Origin: an uncultured Chloroflexia bacterium
Lineage (GTDB): Bacteria > Chloroflexota > Ktedonobacteria > Ktedonobacterales > JADMIN01
Reading direction: 5' to 3'
Length of the DNA stretch: 32,000 bases
Assembly (NCBI GenBank): GCA_963718915.1
Contig: CAVRAI010000009.1
Span: 90,001 to 122,000 of the forward strand
Shown here: positions 24,797 to 32,000 of the stretch, one piece after another
Numbering within the stretch: the stretch's first letter is position 1
How the letters are laid out: every line of letters starts with the position of its first letter
The notes under the pieces: model-generated
Told to the model about the DNA's origin: nothing
Seen by the model: only the letters and a program-made list of their open reading frames with translations
Databases searched by the model: none
Translations under genes and position numbers: made by a program

Positions 24797-24953
24797 ATTC
24801 TGGTTGACGCGCTGAAACTGTCTGCGTGTTGACCCTCATTACACACGCATCCCGACCTGGCGGAATCCCTGGCGTTGCATGCTACGGAAGCGCAACGCTT
24901 TCCATCGGGCGTGAAGGGTGCGGAGGATATGTTTAAGGGAGGACTGAAGTACT

Positions 24954-25826
24954 TTGGCAAATGTCGCAACGATGAAGCAACTGCTTGAAGCAGGCGTCCA
25001 CTTCGGGCATCAGACCCGTCGCTGGAACCCCAAAATGCGGCCCTTTATCTTCACGGCCCGCAATGGCATCCACATCCTCGATCTGCAGCAGACGGTGACG
25101 CGCCTCAACGACGCCTGCAAGTTCATCACCCATCTGACCGCCAACGGCGAGAGCATTCTCTTCGTGGGCACCAAGAAGCAGGCGCAGGACGCTATCAAAG
25201 AAGAGGCGCGGCGCAGCGGCCAGTTCTTCGTCAACCAGCGCTGGCTCGGTGGCATGTTGACGAATTTCCAGACCATCCAGTTGCGCATCCGCTATATGAA
25301 AGACCTGGAGGCGCGCAGGGATCGGGGCGAGTTCGAGCGGCTGCCCAAGAAAGAGGCGCAGCACCTCCAGGATGAACTGGAGCGGCTGGAGCGCGTGCTT
25401 GGCGGCATCCGCGATATGCGTCGCCTGCCGGGCGCGATCTTTGTCGTCGATACCAAGAAAGAGCATACCGCCGTCGCCGAAGCCAACCGCCTCGAGATTC
25501 CGGTCATCGCGCTGGCCGACACCAACACCGATCCCGACGAGATGGACTATCCGATTCCGGCCAACGACGACGCCATCCGCGCCGTCCGACTGCTCTGCAG
25601 CAAGATCGCCGATGCCGCCCTCGAAGGCCGCCACCAGCGAGAGTCGCAGCAGCAGAAGGATGAGGGCGAGGGGCGCGCCGCAACCGAGGCGCCTATCACG
25701 CTCGAAGAATTTGGCGCCGAGCCGGGAGCCGAGCCGGGCAGCGAGTCCGCGCCAGAGGCCACCGCGCCAACAACGCCAACCGTGGCAGCGGAGCAGGCGG
25801 AGGAGCCAGCTTCCGTCGGCGAATAG
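24954..25826 (+). CDS. rpsB: 30S ribosomal protein S2 (with an acidic, low-complexity C-terminal extension)
   Basis: [33 protein letters not shown]...; 290 aa. Confidence 0.95.
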   Translation: MANVATMKQLLEAGVHFGHQTRRWNPKMRPFIFTARNGIHILDLQQTVTRLNDACKFITHLTANGESILFVGTKKQAQDAIKEEARRSGQFFVNQRWLGGMLTNFQTIQLRIRYMKDLEARRDRGEFERLPKKEAQHLQDELERLERVLGGIRDMRRLPGAIFVVDTKKEHTAVAEANRLEIPVIALADTNTDPDEMDYPIPANDDAIRAVRLLCSKIADAALEGRHQRESQQQKDEGEGRAATEAPITLEEFGAEPGAEPGSESAPEATAPTTPTVAAEQAEEPASVGE

Positions 25827-25840
25827 CCAACGAATAGCCA
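25820..25840. repeat. 11-bp tandem duplication (cgaatagccaa / cgaatagcca) that includes the rpsB stop codon
   Basis: Read directly. The TAG at 25824-25826 is re-created at 25835-25837. Confidence 0.85.
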
Positions 25841-25901
25841 GCCGCCTGCCCCTTGTGGTGAGCAGGCCTGTGAAGTACAATGCATCCGGTTCTTTCAGAA
25901 C

Positions 25902-25930
25902 GCGGCACGCGCAATCGTGCCGCGCGTTTG
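25902..25930 (+). terminator. intrinsic-terminator-like hairpin after rpsB (gcggcacg-cgcaat-cgtgccgc, then gcgtttgtgtgt)
   Basis: Perfect 8-bp GC-rich stem followed by a T-rich tract interrupted by G residues. Confidence 0.45.
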
Positions 25931-25951
25931 TGTGTCCCGCGTGTGTCCCGC
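25930..25951. repeat. perfect 11-bp tandem duplication (gtgtgtcccgc x2)
   Basis: Read directly, in the rpsB-tsf spacer. Confidence 0.85.
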
Positions 25952-25989
25952 ATGGCGGATTCGTGTGTCGCGGGGATATATCAGCCACG

Positions 25990-25998
25990 TGGTACTAT
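25990..25998 (+). promoter_or_regulatory. extended -10 promoter candidate for tsf (TGgTACTAT)
   Basis: TGG at 25990-25992 and TACTAT at 25993-25998, about 150 nt upstream of tsf. Confidence 0.3.
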
Positions 25999-26151
25999 GA
26001 TGGATGGCGCGATACTGACCGTGCTGTTCCTGATGGTTCTGAATGGTCATGATTGCCTTGAGAGAGCGAGTTAGCACATTGCCAGGCGGCGCCAGACACG
26101 CCCAAGTCCTGTCTGGGTTTGTATAGAGCGTTGAGGAGCGCACGATTTACT

Positions 26152-26748
26152 ATGGAATTTTCTGCGAAAGACGTTGCCAAACTGCGTGAAGAGACCGGCG
26201 CCGGGTTCGCCGACTGCAAGAGTGCCCTGGCCACTGCCAAGACCTTTGACGAAGCTATCAAGCTGATTGAAGAAAAGGGCCAGCAGCGCGCCGAGAAGGT
26301 CAAGGGGCAGGACCGCGAGACGCGCCAGGGGCTCGTCGAGTCATACATCCACCACGGCGGCAACCTGGGCGTTCTGCTCGAGCTGAACTGTAGCACCGAC
26401 TTCGTCGCCCGAAGTGACACCTTCCGCACACTCGCCCGCGAGCTGACCCTGCAGATCGCCGGGACCAACCCGACGTGGGTGGCGATGAGTGACATTCCGG
26501 AGAGCGTGATGGCCGAGGCGCGCGAGAAACTGATGAATGACCCGGAGGTGCAGAAGCGCCCGGAGCATCTGCGCGAGCAGATTGTGGAGGGCAAGCTCAA
26601 GAAGCAGTTTGTCGAGCATGTGCTGCTGGAGCAGGTCTGGGTGAAGGACGACAAAGTGACCATCGGCAAGCTGGTGGACGACGTCATTCGCAAGACCGGC
26701 GAGAACGTGGTCGTGCGGCGCTTCGCCCGGTTCGCGCTCGGCGAATAA
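26152..26748 (+). CDS. tsf: translation elongation factor Ts (short form)
   Basis: Track ORF 26119..26748. The conserved N-terminus MEFSAKDVAKLREETGAGFADCKSAL begins at ATG 26152. Confidence 0.9.
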   Translation: MEFSAKDVAKLREETGAGFADCKSALATAKTFDEAIKLIEEKGQQRAEKVKGQDRETRQGLVESYIHHGGNLGVLLELNCSTDFVARSDTFRTLARELTLQIAGTNPTWVAMSDIPESVMAEAREKLMNDPEVQKRPEHLREQIVEGKLKKQFVEHVLLEQVWVKDDKVTIGKLVDDVIRKTGENVVVRRFARFALGE

Positions 26749-26793
26749 TCTAAGGTAGCCGGGCCATTGGGCACGGGTTCACAGGAGTTCTTC

Positions 26794-27555
26794 ATGCAGC
26801 CTGCGACCACGTATACGCGAGTTCTGCTCAAGCTCAGCGGTGAGGCGCTGATGGGCGAGCAGGGCTATGGCATCGACGCCGAAGTCCTGACCTACCTCGC
26901 CGGAGAACTGGCGCAGGTGCATGACCTTGGAACTGAGATTGCGGTTGTCGTCGGTGGTGGCAATATCTTGCGCGGCAAGACCGCCGCCGCCGAGGGAATG
27001 GATCGGGCGCAATCCGACTACATGGGCATGCTGGCGACCGTGATTAACGCGCTCGCCCTGCAGGATGCGCTGGAGCATGCGGGACTCTCGACCCGCGTGC
27101 AGACTGGCATCGAGATGCCCTCCGTCGCGGAGCCTTTTATCCGCCGGAGGGCTATTCGCCACATGGAGAAGGGGCGTATCGTCATCCTGGCGGCTGGCAC
27201 AGGCAACCCGTATTTCACGACCGATACGGCCGCCGCGTTGCGGGCCATCGAACTGAACTGCGAGGTCTTGCTCAAGGCGACGAAGGTGGATGGCGTCTAC
27301 GATGCCGATCCGGTGCACGTGGCGACGGCGCGGCGTTTCCGCGAGGTCAGCTATATGCACGCGATCACGATGAGCCTGGGCGTGATGGACGCGACCGCGC
27401 TGGCGCTCTGTGGCGAGAATCATCTTCCCATCGTGGTCTTCGATATGCAGGAGCAGGGACAGATGGCTGCTATCGTACGTGGCGCGCGAGGTGGTACATT
27501 GGTGCATGACATGCCAAAAGAGCAGGACTTTCTCTGGGCCACTGACCGAGAATAG
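26794..27555 (+). CDS. pyrH: UMP kinase
   Basis: Track ORF 26767..27555. ATG 26794 follows AGGAG at 7 nt. Sequence ...YTRVLLKLSGEALMGEQGYGID...VVVGGGNILRG... Confidence 0.92.
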   Translation: MQPATTYTRVLLKLSGEALMGEQGYGIDAEVLTYLAGELAQVHDLGTEIAVVVGGGNILRGKTAAAEGMDRAQSDYMGMLATVINALALQDALEHAGLSTRVQTGIEMPSVAEPFIRRRAIRHMEKGRIVILAAGTGNPYFTTDTAAALRAIELNCEVLLKATKVDGVYDADPVHVATARRFREVSYMHAITMSLGVMDATALALCGENHLPIVVFDMQEQGQMAAIVRGARGGTLVHDMPKEQDFLWATDRE

Positions 27556-27584
27556 CTTCCGAGAATAGCCGATGATAGCCGATG
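27546..27584. repeat. nested tandem duplications at the pyrH stop (13-bp period ccgagaatagc.. x2, then atagccgatg x2)
   Basis: Read directly. The pyrH TAG is at 27553-27555, and atag is re-created at 27565-68 and 27575-78. Confidence 0.85.
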
Positions 27585-27628
27585 CGGGCGGCGCTGTCGT
27601 ATAGACAGGGTGGGAAGGAGCAGGTATC

Positions 27629-28186
27629 ATGTCAGGAGATGTGTTCGCTGACGCGCAACACCGCATGAACGGCGCTGTCGAGGCGCTCCAGCGGGAGCTG
27701 CAGGCCGTGCGCACGGGCCGAGCGACTCCGGCGCTGGTGGAACGGCTGGTCGTGGATTACTATGACACGCCGACGCCTCTTGCCCAACTTGCCGCCATCC
27801 ATGCCACTGATCCCAAAACGCTGACCATCCAGCCGTGGGATAAGAAGGCGCTCGTCGACATCGAGAAAGCGATTCAGAAGAGTGATCTTGGCCTGAACCC
27901 CAACAACGATGGCTCCGTCATCCGGCTGAATCTGCCGCCGCTGACGGAGGATCGCCGCAAAGAGTTGGTCAAGGTGGTGCATAAGAAGGTGGACGACGCG
28001 AAGACCGCAGTGCGCAATATCCGCCGTGACGTGCATGACAAACTGCGCGACCAGGAGAAGAAGAAAGAAATCTCCGCGGACGATCTCAAGCGCAACGCCG
28101 ACCGGCTGCAGAAGCTGACCGATAAGTTCATCGAAGATCTGGACGGAGTTGGCCACGCCAAAGAGCGTGAAATCATGGAGGTCTGA
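27629..28186 (+). CDS. frr: ribosome recycling factor
   Basis: 185 aa; ...[30 protein letters not shown]...[15 protein letters not shown]... Confidence 0.95.
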   Translation: MSGDVFADAQHRMNGAVEALQRELQAVRTGRATPALVERLVVDYYDTPTPLAQLAAIHATDPKTLTIQPWDKKALVDIEKAIQKSDLGLNPNNDGSVIRLNLPPLTEDRRKELVKVVHKKVDDAKTAVRNIRRDVHDKLRDQEKKKEISADDLKRNADRLQKLTDKFIEDLDGVGHAKEREIMEV

Positions 28187-28221
28187 TCCCCCAGAGAGAC
28201 GGAGAGGAACAGAGAGAGCGC

Positions 28222-29160
28222 ATGGCCAAGCGACGAATTCGGAATCTGCGCGCGCTGGTGCGAGCCTTCTTTGGCAGCGGGCGCGCGAGGGAGGCCGAAC
28301 GGCAGGCAGAGTTGGCGCGGCTACGTTTCCGCGATGGGCAGGCGATTCCCCACCATATCGCGTTCATCATGGATGGAAACGGCCGCTGGGCGACGAGTCG
28401 CCATCTGCCCCGCTCGATGGGGCACCGCGCTGGTGTCGAGGCGCTGCGCCGTGTTGTGCGGCTCTGTAATGACTATCATGTTCCCATGCTCACCGTCTAT
28501 GCCTTCTCAACCGAGAACTGGGGACGCCCGGCGGACGAGGTCAGCGCGCTGATGGGCCTGCTGTGGGAGACCATCCGCACCGATGTGGATCGGCTGAACA
28601 GCGAGGGCGTGCGGCTGCGCCATGTGGGGCGGCTGGAGGGCCTCGATCAGGATATCCAGGATGCCATCCACTGGATGGAAGACCTGACGCGCAACAATGA
28701 CAAGCTGGAGCTGAACGTTTGCTTCAACTATGGTGGCCGCGCCGAGCTTGTGGATGCGGTGCGCGAGATTATTGCAGCGAAGATTCCACCTGAGCAGGTC
28801 ACCGAAGAGACGATCTCCAGCTATCTCTATACCCGCGACCTGCCCGACCCTGATCTTATCGTCCGTACCGGCGGCGAGATGCGCCTGAGCAATTATCTGA
28901 TCTGGCAGGCTGCCTATGCGGAGTATTATTCGACCGCGACGCTCTGGCCGGACTTCGGGGAGGCGGATCTTGTCGCCGCGCTCGATGCCTACGCCAGCCG
29001 CAAGCGCCGCTTCGGCAAGACGGACGCGCAGATTGCCGCGGAATCCAACGGGGAGAACGGAAACGACACCGGTCATGCCGAGACGACGACGCAGACCGAC
29101 CAGGCGGGTGATGCCAGCGCCTCACGCAATGGGACGTATCCGCAGCCCGCGACACACTGA
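28222..29160 (+). CDS. uppS: isoprenyl transferase (undecaprenyl-diphosphate synthase family) with N- and C-terminal extensions
   Basis: [23 protein letters not shown], and [22 protein letters not shown]. Confidence 0.9.
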   Translation: MAKRRIRNLRALVRAFFGSGRAREAERQAELARLRFRDGQAIPHHIAFIMDGNGRWATSRHLPRSMGHRAGVEALRRVVRLCNDYHVPMLTVYAFSTENWGRPADEVSALMGLLWETIRTDVDRLNSEGVRLRHVGRLEGLDQDIQDAIHWMEDLTRNNDKLELNVCFNYGGRAELVDAVREIIAAKIPPEQVTEETISSYLYTRDLPDPDLIVRTGGEMRLSNYLIWQAAYAEYYSTATLWPDFGEADLVAALDAYASRKRRFGKTDAQIAAESNGENGNDTGHAETTTQTDQAGDASASRNGTYPQPATH

Positions 29161-29221
29161 TTTCACCAGACCCAGCCCAGACGCAAGGCGCACGAGCAAT
29201 GTAGCATAGTGACGCAGGAGC

Positions 29222-30133
29222 ATGGCGATGAGCAAATCCGTGTCGGAGGATTCCCGCGTGACCCCCGCGCCACGCAGTCAGGCGGGCTGGCTCGCCGGGT
29301 TGCGCCAGCGCCTGCTTTCAGCTGGTGTGCTGATCCCGATTGTGATCGCGCTGGTCTGGTTTGGCGGCTGGATTGCCTTTGCGGGCGCGCTGGTAGCGCT
29401 GGCGCTGGGCATGTGGGAAATCCGCACGATGTTTGCCACCCATCGCAAGTGGTATCCCCTTGTCATCTTCAGCGGCGCGTTCGGCATCGATCTGCTCGTC
29501 GCCGCCATGCTCCCAGACGTCCGGCTGGCCCTGATCGCCCTGGGCATCAGCGCGCTGGTCATCGTCTCGTTCACCTGGGTGATGATTACCCGCCCCACCA
29601 TCGAGCGCACGGTTATCGACTGGGCGCTGACGATTGCCGTCGCCTTCTATCTCGGCTGGCCAATGGCGCTCTTCCTCGTCCTGCGTGGCAGCGTCGCGGG
29701 CTACGGCTCGGAGCAGTTCTGGTGGGTGCTGGGCCTCTTCTGTATGGTCTGGGCGAACGATACCGCCGCCTTCGTCACGGGCCATTTCCTCGGGCGCCGG
29801 AAGCTCGCGCTGCACATCAGCCCCGCCAAGACGTGGGAGGGCTTCGCCGGAGGGCTTGTCTGGTCGGTGATCGCGGCGTTCGTCCTGCTGTCGCTTTCGC
29901 CTGTTCAGCTGGCGTGGTATCACGCGCTGGCGCTGGGCATCCTGGTGGCGGTGGCGGCGACGCTCGGCGACCTGGCGGAGTCGCTGCTCAAGCGGGTAGC
30001 GGATGTGAAGGATAGCGGCACCATCGTCCCTGGCCACGGCGGCATCCTCGACCGTATGGATAGCCTGCTCTTCGCTGTGGCGGTCGTCTTCTTCTACGCC
30101 GCCTTCCTGCATCCCGCCATCCTCGGCGGCTAA
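29222..30133 (+). CDS. cdsA: phosphatidate cytidylyltransferase
   Basis: Polytopic membrane protein with the C-terminal signature SLLKRVADVKDSGTIVPGHGGILDRMDS. The start could be ATG 29228. Confidence 0.85.
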   Translation: MAMSKSVSEDSRVTPAPRSQAGWLAGLRQRLLSAGVLIPIVIALVWFGGWIAFAGALVALALGMWEIRTMFATHRKWYPLVIFSGAFGIDLLVAAMLPDVRLALIALGISALVIVSFTWVMITRPTIERTVIDWALTIAVAFYLGWPMALFLVLRGSVAGYGSEQFWWVLGLFCMVWANDTAAFVTGHFLGRRKLALHISPAKTWEGFAGGLVWSVIAAFVLLSLSPVQLAWYHALALGILVAVAATLGDLAESLLKRVADVKDSGTIVPGHGGILDRMDSLLFAVAVVFFYAAFLHPAILGG

Positions 30134-30537
30134 GATGTTGCGCTCAGGCGCGCCTCAGGCAACGTTGGCTCGAAGAGTTCGATAGGGTTCCCTGAAGGGT
30201 CTTCGAGCAGGATCTGCTTGCCGCCAATGCCAGTGACGATGTCATTGCGGAAGCGTGCGCCTGCCTGACGGAGCGCTTCGACAGTCGCGACGAGATCCTC
30301 AACTTCAATTGAGAATCGGTTCCATCCTCCTGGTGTCGGCATCGTGCCATCCGGCATCGCCTGGCCACCACCGCCCATCGGATTCGGCGCGCTGAGCGCG
30401 AGACGGAGGTCGCCTCGTGAGAGCATCGCAAAGGCGGGCGCTGGATGCATGACTTCTCGGAAGCCGAGTTGCTGGCAATAAAACGCGATCGCGGCGTCAA
30501 CGTCGTTGACGATGTAGCGCACCTGAACCGTAGCCAT
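30130..30537 (-). CDS. VOC-family (glyoxalase/bleomycin-resistance fold) protein
   Basis: Track ORF 30130..30576. ATG 30537 (MATVQVRYIVNDVDAAIAFY...) follows GAGGAAGGTGGA. Confidence 0.75.
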   Translation of the reverse strand: MATVQVRYIVNDVDAAIAFYCQQLGFREVMHPAPAFAMLSRGDLRLALSAPNPMGGGGQAMPDGTMPTPGGWNRFSIEVEDLVATVEALRQAGARFRNDIVTGIGGKQILLEDPSGNPIELFEPTLPEARLSATS

Positions 30538-30856
30538 TGCGGGTTCCACCTTCCTCGCTGTCGGAACATCTGACAACCAACATGCTACCGTCCATACTAT
30601 ACCGGTTTCGCAACGCCAGGTATTCGCGGAAGACCGCCACTAGCCTCCACGCACCCGCATTCCCACAACGCGCTATAACGCCCGACTAACGATACTCCGC
30701 GATTTCCGCCTGCGATTCCGCGTCATCTCGCGTCGCGCCAAACGCCTGGCTAACACGCGCGCTGCTATCCTCCACACATGCGTGTAACGCTACGAGGAAG
30801 TCTATGGTTAGTGTCATAGGCTGCAGGACAAGGATAAGGATAAGGCAGAACACGAG

Positions 30857-31456
30857 ATGTACAAGATTGAGCGACCTTTCAATCGAGCGAGCGCAGTCCA
30901 CAGCGCCCCTTCGGTGCGATTAGCCGATGGCGCCAGCGTGCGTCTGCGCGCCGTCGGCAGTAGTGGCCAGGATGACGACGCTTTCCAGCGTCTGTTTTAC
31001 ACCCTGAGCGACACCACCCGCTACCTGTATTTTTGCGCGGGCATCCCCGCCACGGCGCTGTGGGCCGAGCGTTTCGGCGCCCTCAGCCGCACAGATGGCG
31101 AGCGCTCGTATGTGTTGGTGGCCGAGGCAGGCGATGAGCTGGTCGGTTTCGCGCGCTTTAGTCAGGGTCCACACGCGGAATCGGACGAGCGCGCCGCTGA
31201 CCTGGGAGTCTTGCTCACCGACTCCTGGCAGGGGCGCAGGCTGGGCGGATACATGCTCTGCCGCCTCGCTACGGAGGCGATGGCGCGCGGCGTGACGACC
31301 CTTACCGCGGCCGTGCTGTGGGAGAATCGCCGGATGCTGCGACTGGCGCGGCGCATCTTCCCTGATGTGCATATTACCTATGCGTCAGGGACGTGCGAAC
31401 TGACCATCGATCTGGAGTCGTGGTGGGCGAAACAGAATGAACAGATGTGCGGCTGA
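30857..31456 (+). CDS. GNAT-family N-acetyltransferase
   Basis: ...LVGFARF...GVLLTDSWQGRRLGGYMLCRLATEAMARG... carries the acetyl-CoA motif Q/R-x-x-G-x-G/A. The start is uncertain. Confidence 0.7.
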   Translation: MYKIERPFNRASAVHSAPSVRLADGASVRLRAVGSSGQDDDAFQRLFYTLSDTTRYLYFCAGIPATALWAERFGALSRTDGERSYVLVAEAGDELVGFARFSQGPHAESDERAADLGVLLTDSWQGRRLGGYMLCRLATEAMARGVTTLTAAVLWENRRMLRLARRIFPDVHITYASGTCELTIDLESWWAKQNEQMCG

Positions 31457-31465
31457 GCGTTCCAG

Positions 31466-31490
31466 ACCTCACCTCACCTCACCTCACCTC
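31466..31490. repeat. pentanucleotide microsatellite (acctc) x5
   Basis: Read directly, 10 nt after the GNAT stop. Confidence 0.9.
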
Positions 31491-31498
31491 ACCCCCAA

Positions 31499-31520
31499 CA
31501 CCTCTCCGTGTGGAGAGGTG
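31499..31520. terminator. perfect 9-bp hairpin (cacctctcc-gtgt-ggagaggtg) between convergent genes
   Basis: Seen directly. There is no U-tract on either side, so a terminator function is only presumed. Confidence 0.4.
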
Positions 31521-31534
31521 AGCCAGAGTCGCTC

Positions 31535-32000
31535 CTATCGGCTGGCGCGCGCCCTGACGGCATAGGGTGGCCTGCTGGATGGCGCGGGCGGAATGGCCGG
31601 AGCCTTCACGGGGACGGCGTCGAGCAGCACCTGTAACGTCTGATGCTCTTCAGCGTGTTGCAGCGCCACCAGCGCCCGCTGAAACTCGCGTAGCGGGAAG
31701 CGGTGCGTCACGAGCCGATCCGGGGTGAGCCTCCGGTCGCGCATGAGGCTGGCCGCCAGCGCAAACGATGAGATACGGCCGTTGCCGCGACCCGTCTCGG
31801 TCTGCCAGTGTTCCATCCCCGGCGCGAACGCCCCGTACAGCGTCACCTCGGCGTGCCAGACGGGCGTCAGATCGAGGCTCAGGGGCGTCGCCTGCTGTCC
31901 AACCAGGACGACAGCTCCGTCGGGGCGCGTCCAGCGTAGCGCCGATTGCAGGGATTTTTCGGAGCCGATGGTATCGTAGACGACATCGAATCCGCCAATC
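31535..32000 (-). CDS. zinc-type/MDR-family alcohol dehydrogenase-like protein, C-terminal part (N-terminus beyond the right window edge)
   Basis: Track ORF 31535..31846 continues upstream in frame to the window edge: ...IGGFDVVYDTIGSEKSLQSALRWTRPDGAVVLVGQQATPLSLDLTPVWHAEVTLYGAF...LVTHRFPLREFQRAL... Confidence 0.75.
   Translation of the reverse strand, partial: IGGFDVVYDTIGSEKSLQSALRWTRPDGAVVLVGQQATPLSLDLTPVWHAEVTLYGAFAPGMEHWQTETGRGNGRISSFALAASLMRDRRLTPDRLVTHRFPLREFQRALVALQHAEEHQTLQVLLDAVPVKAPAIPPAPSSRPPYAVRARASR

Noticed and set aside
24700-24953. rpsB autoregulatory leader RNA
   Set aside because: The known S2-binding leader is described for gamma-proteobacteria. I could not identify a convincing conserved structure here by eye.
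24933-27714. Large minus-strand ORFs (24933..25988, 25995..26831, 26779..27714) opposite rpsB, tsf and pyrH
   Set aside because: These are shadows of highly conserved + strand housekeeping genes.
30686-30901. 71-aa minus-strand ORF overlapping the GNAT start (possible small antitoxin-like gene)
   Set aside because: It has no SD and a hydrophobic, low-information N-terminal half. It overlaps the hexamer repeat and the GNAT 5' end, and I recognise no family features.

Overview
High-G+C bacterial chromosomal window. The gene content and the CCCCTCCC/GGGAGGGG intergenic hairpins suggest a Chloroflexota/Ktedonobacteria-like organism, but that taxonomy is inference only. I support about 30 genes.

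Left third: a partial ComB-like phosphatase, corA, a DinB-family gene, a membrane protein, galU, fabG, and a small two-gene module whose first product ends in a MoaD/ThiS-like diglycine.

Middle: a roughly 3.2 kb tandem duplication of an S53 (sedolisin-type) pre-pro-peptidase locus, promoter included. One copy carries a single +1 frameshift and the other is heavily decayed. After it come ogt, a lipoprotein, the methylmalonyl-CoA mutase B12-binding subunit with meaB, a methyltransferase, a lower-GC HEPN-like/nucleotidyltransferase cassette, a LOG-family gene, a CtaG-like gene and an LLM oxidoreductase.

A 2.88 kb mosaic mobile region (21797-24676) is bounded by 25-bp IS630-type inverted repeats with TA flanks. 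It encloses a tnpB (IS200/IS605 family) inactivated by a 10-bp tandem duplication, an arsR-SRPBCC pair, and a triply damaged, truncated IS630 transposase.

Right third: the conserved rpsB-tsf-pyrH-frr-uppS-cdsA cluster, then VOC and GNAT genes and a partial MDR dehydrogenase.

No tRNA, rRNA or CRISPR array was seen.

Most notable non-genic signals:
- an unusually high density of perfect 5-20 bp tandem duplications, several sitting on stop codons and two disrupting mobile-element genes
- a dispersed, roughly 160-bp structured non-coding repeat in two copies
- a REP-like hairpin family

I found no clear, complete novel multi-gene system. The best candidates for follow-up are the GG-terminated small protein pair and the mobile mosaic with its repeat elements.
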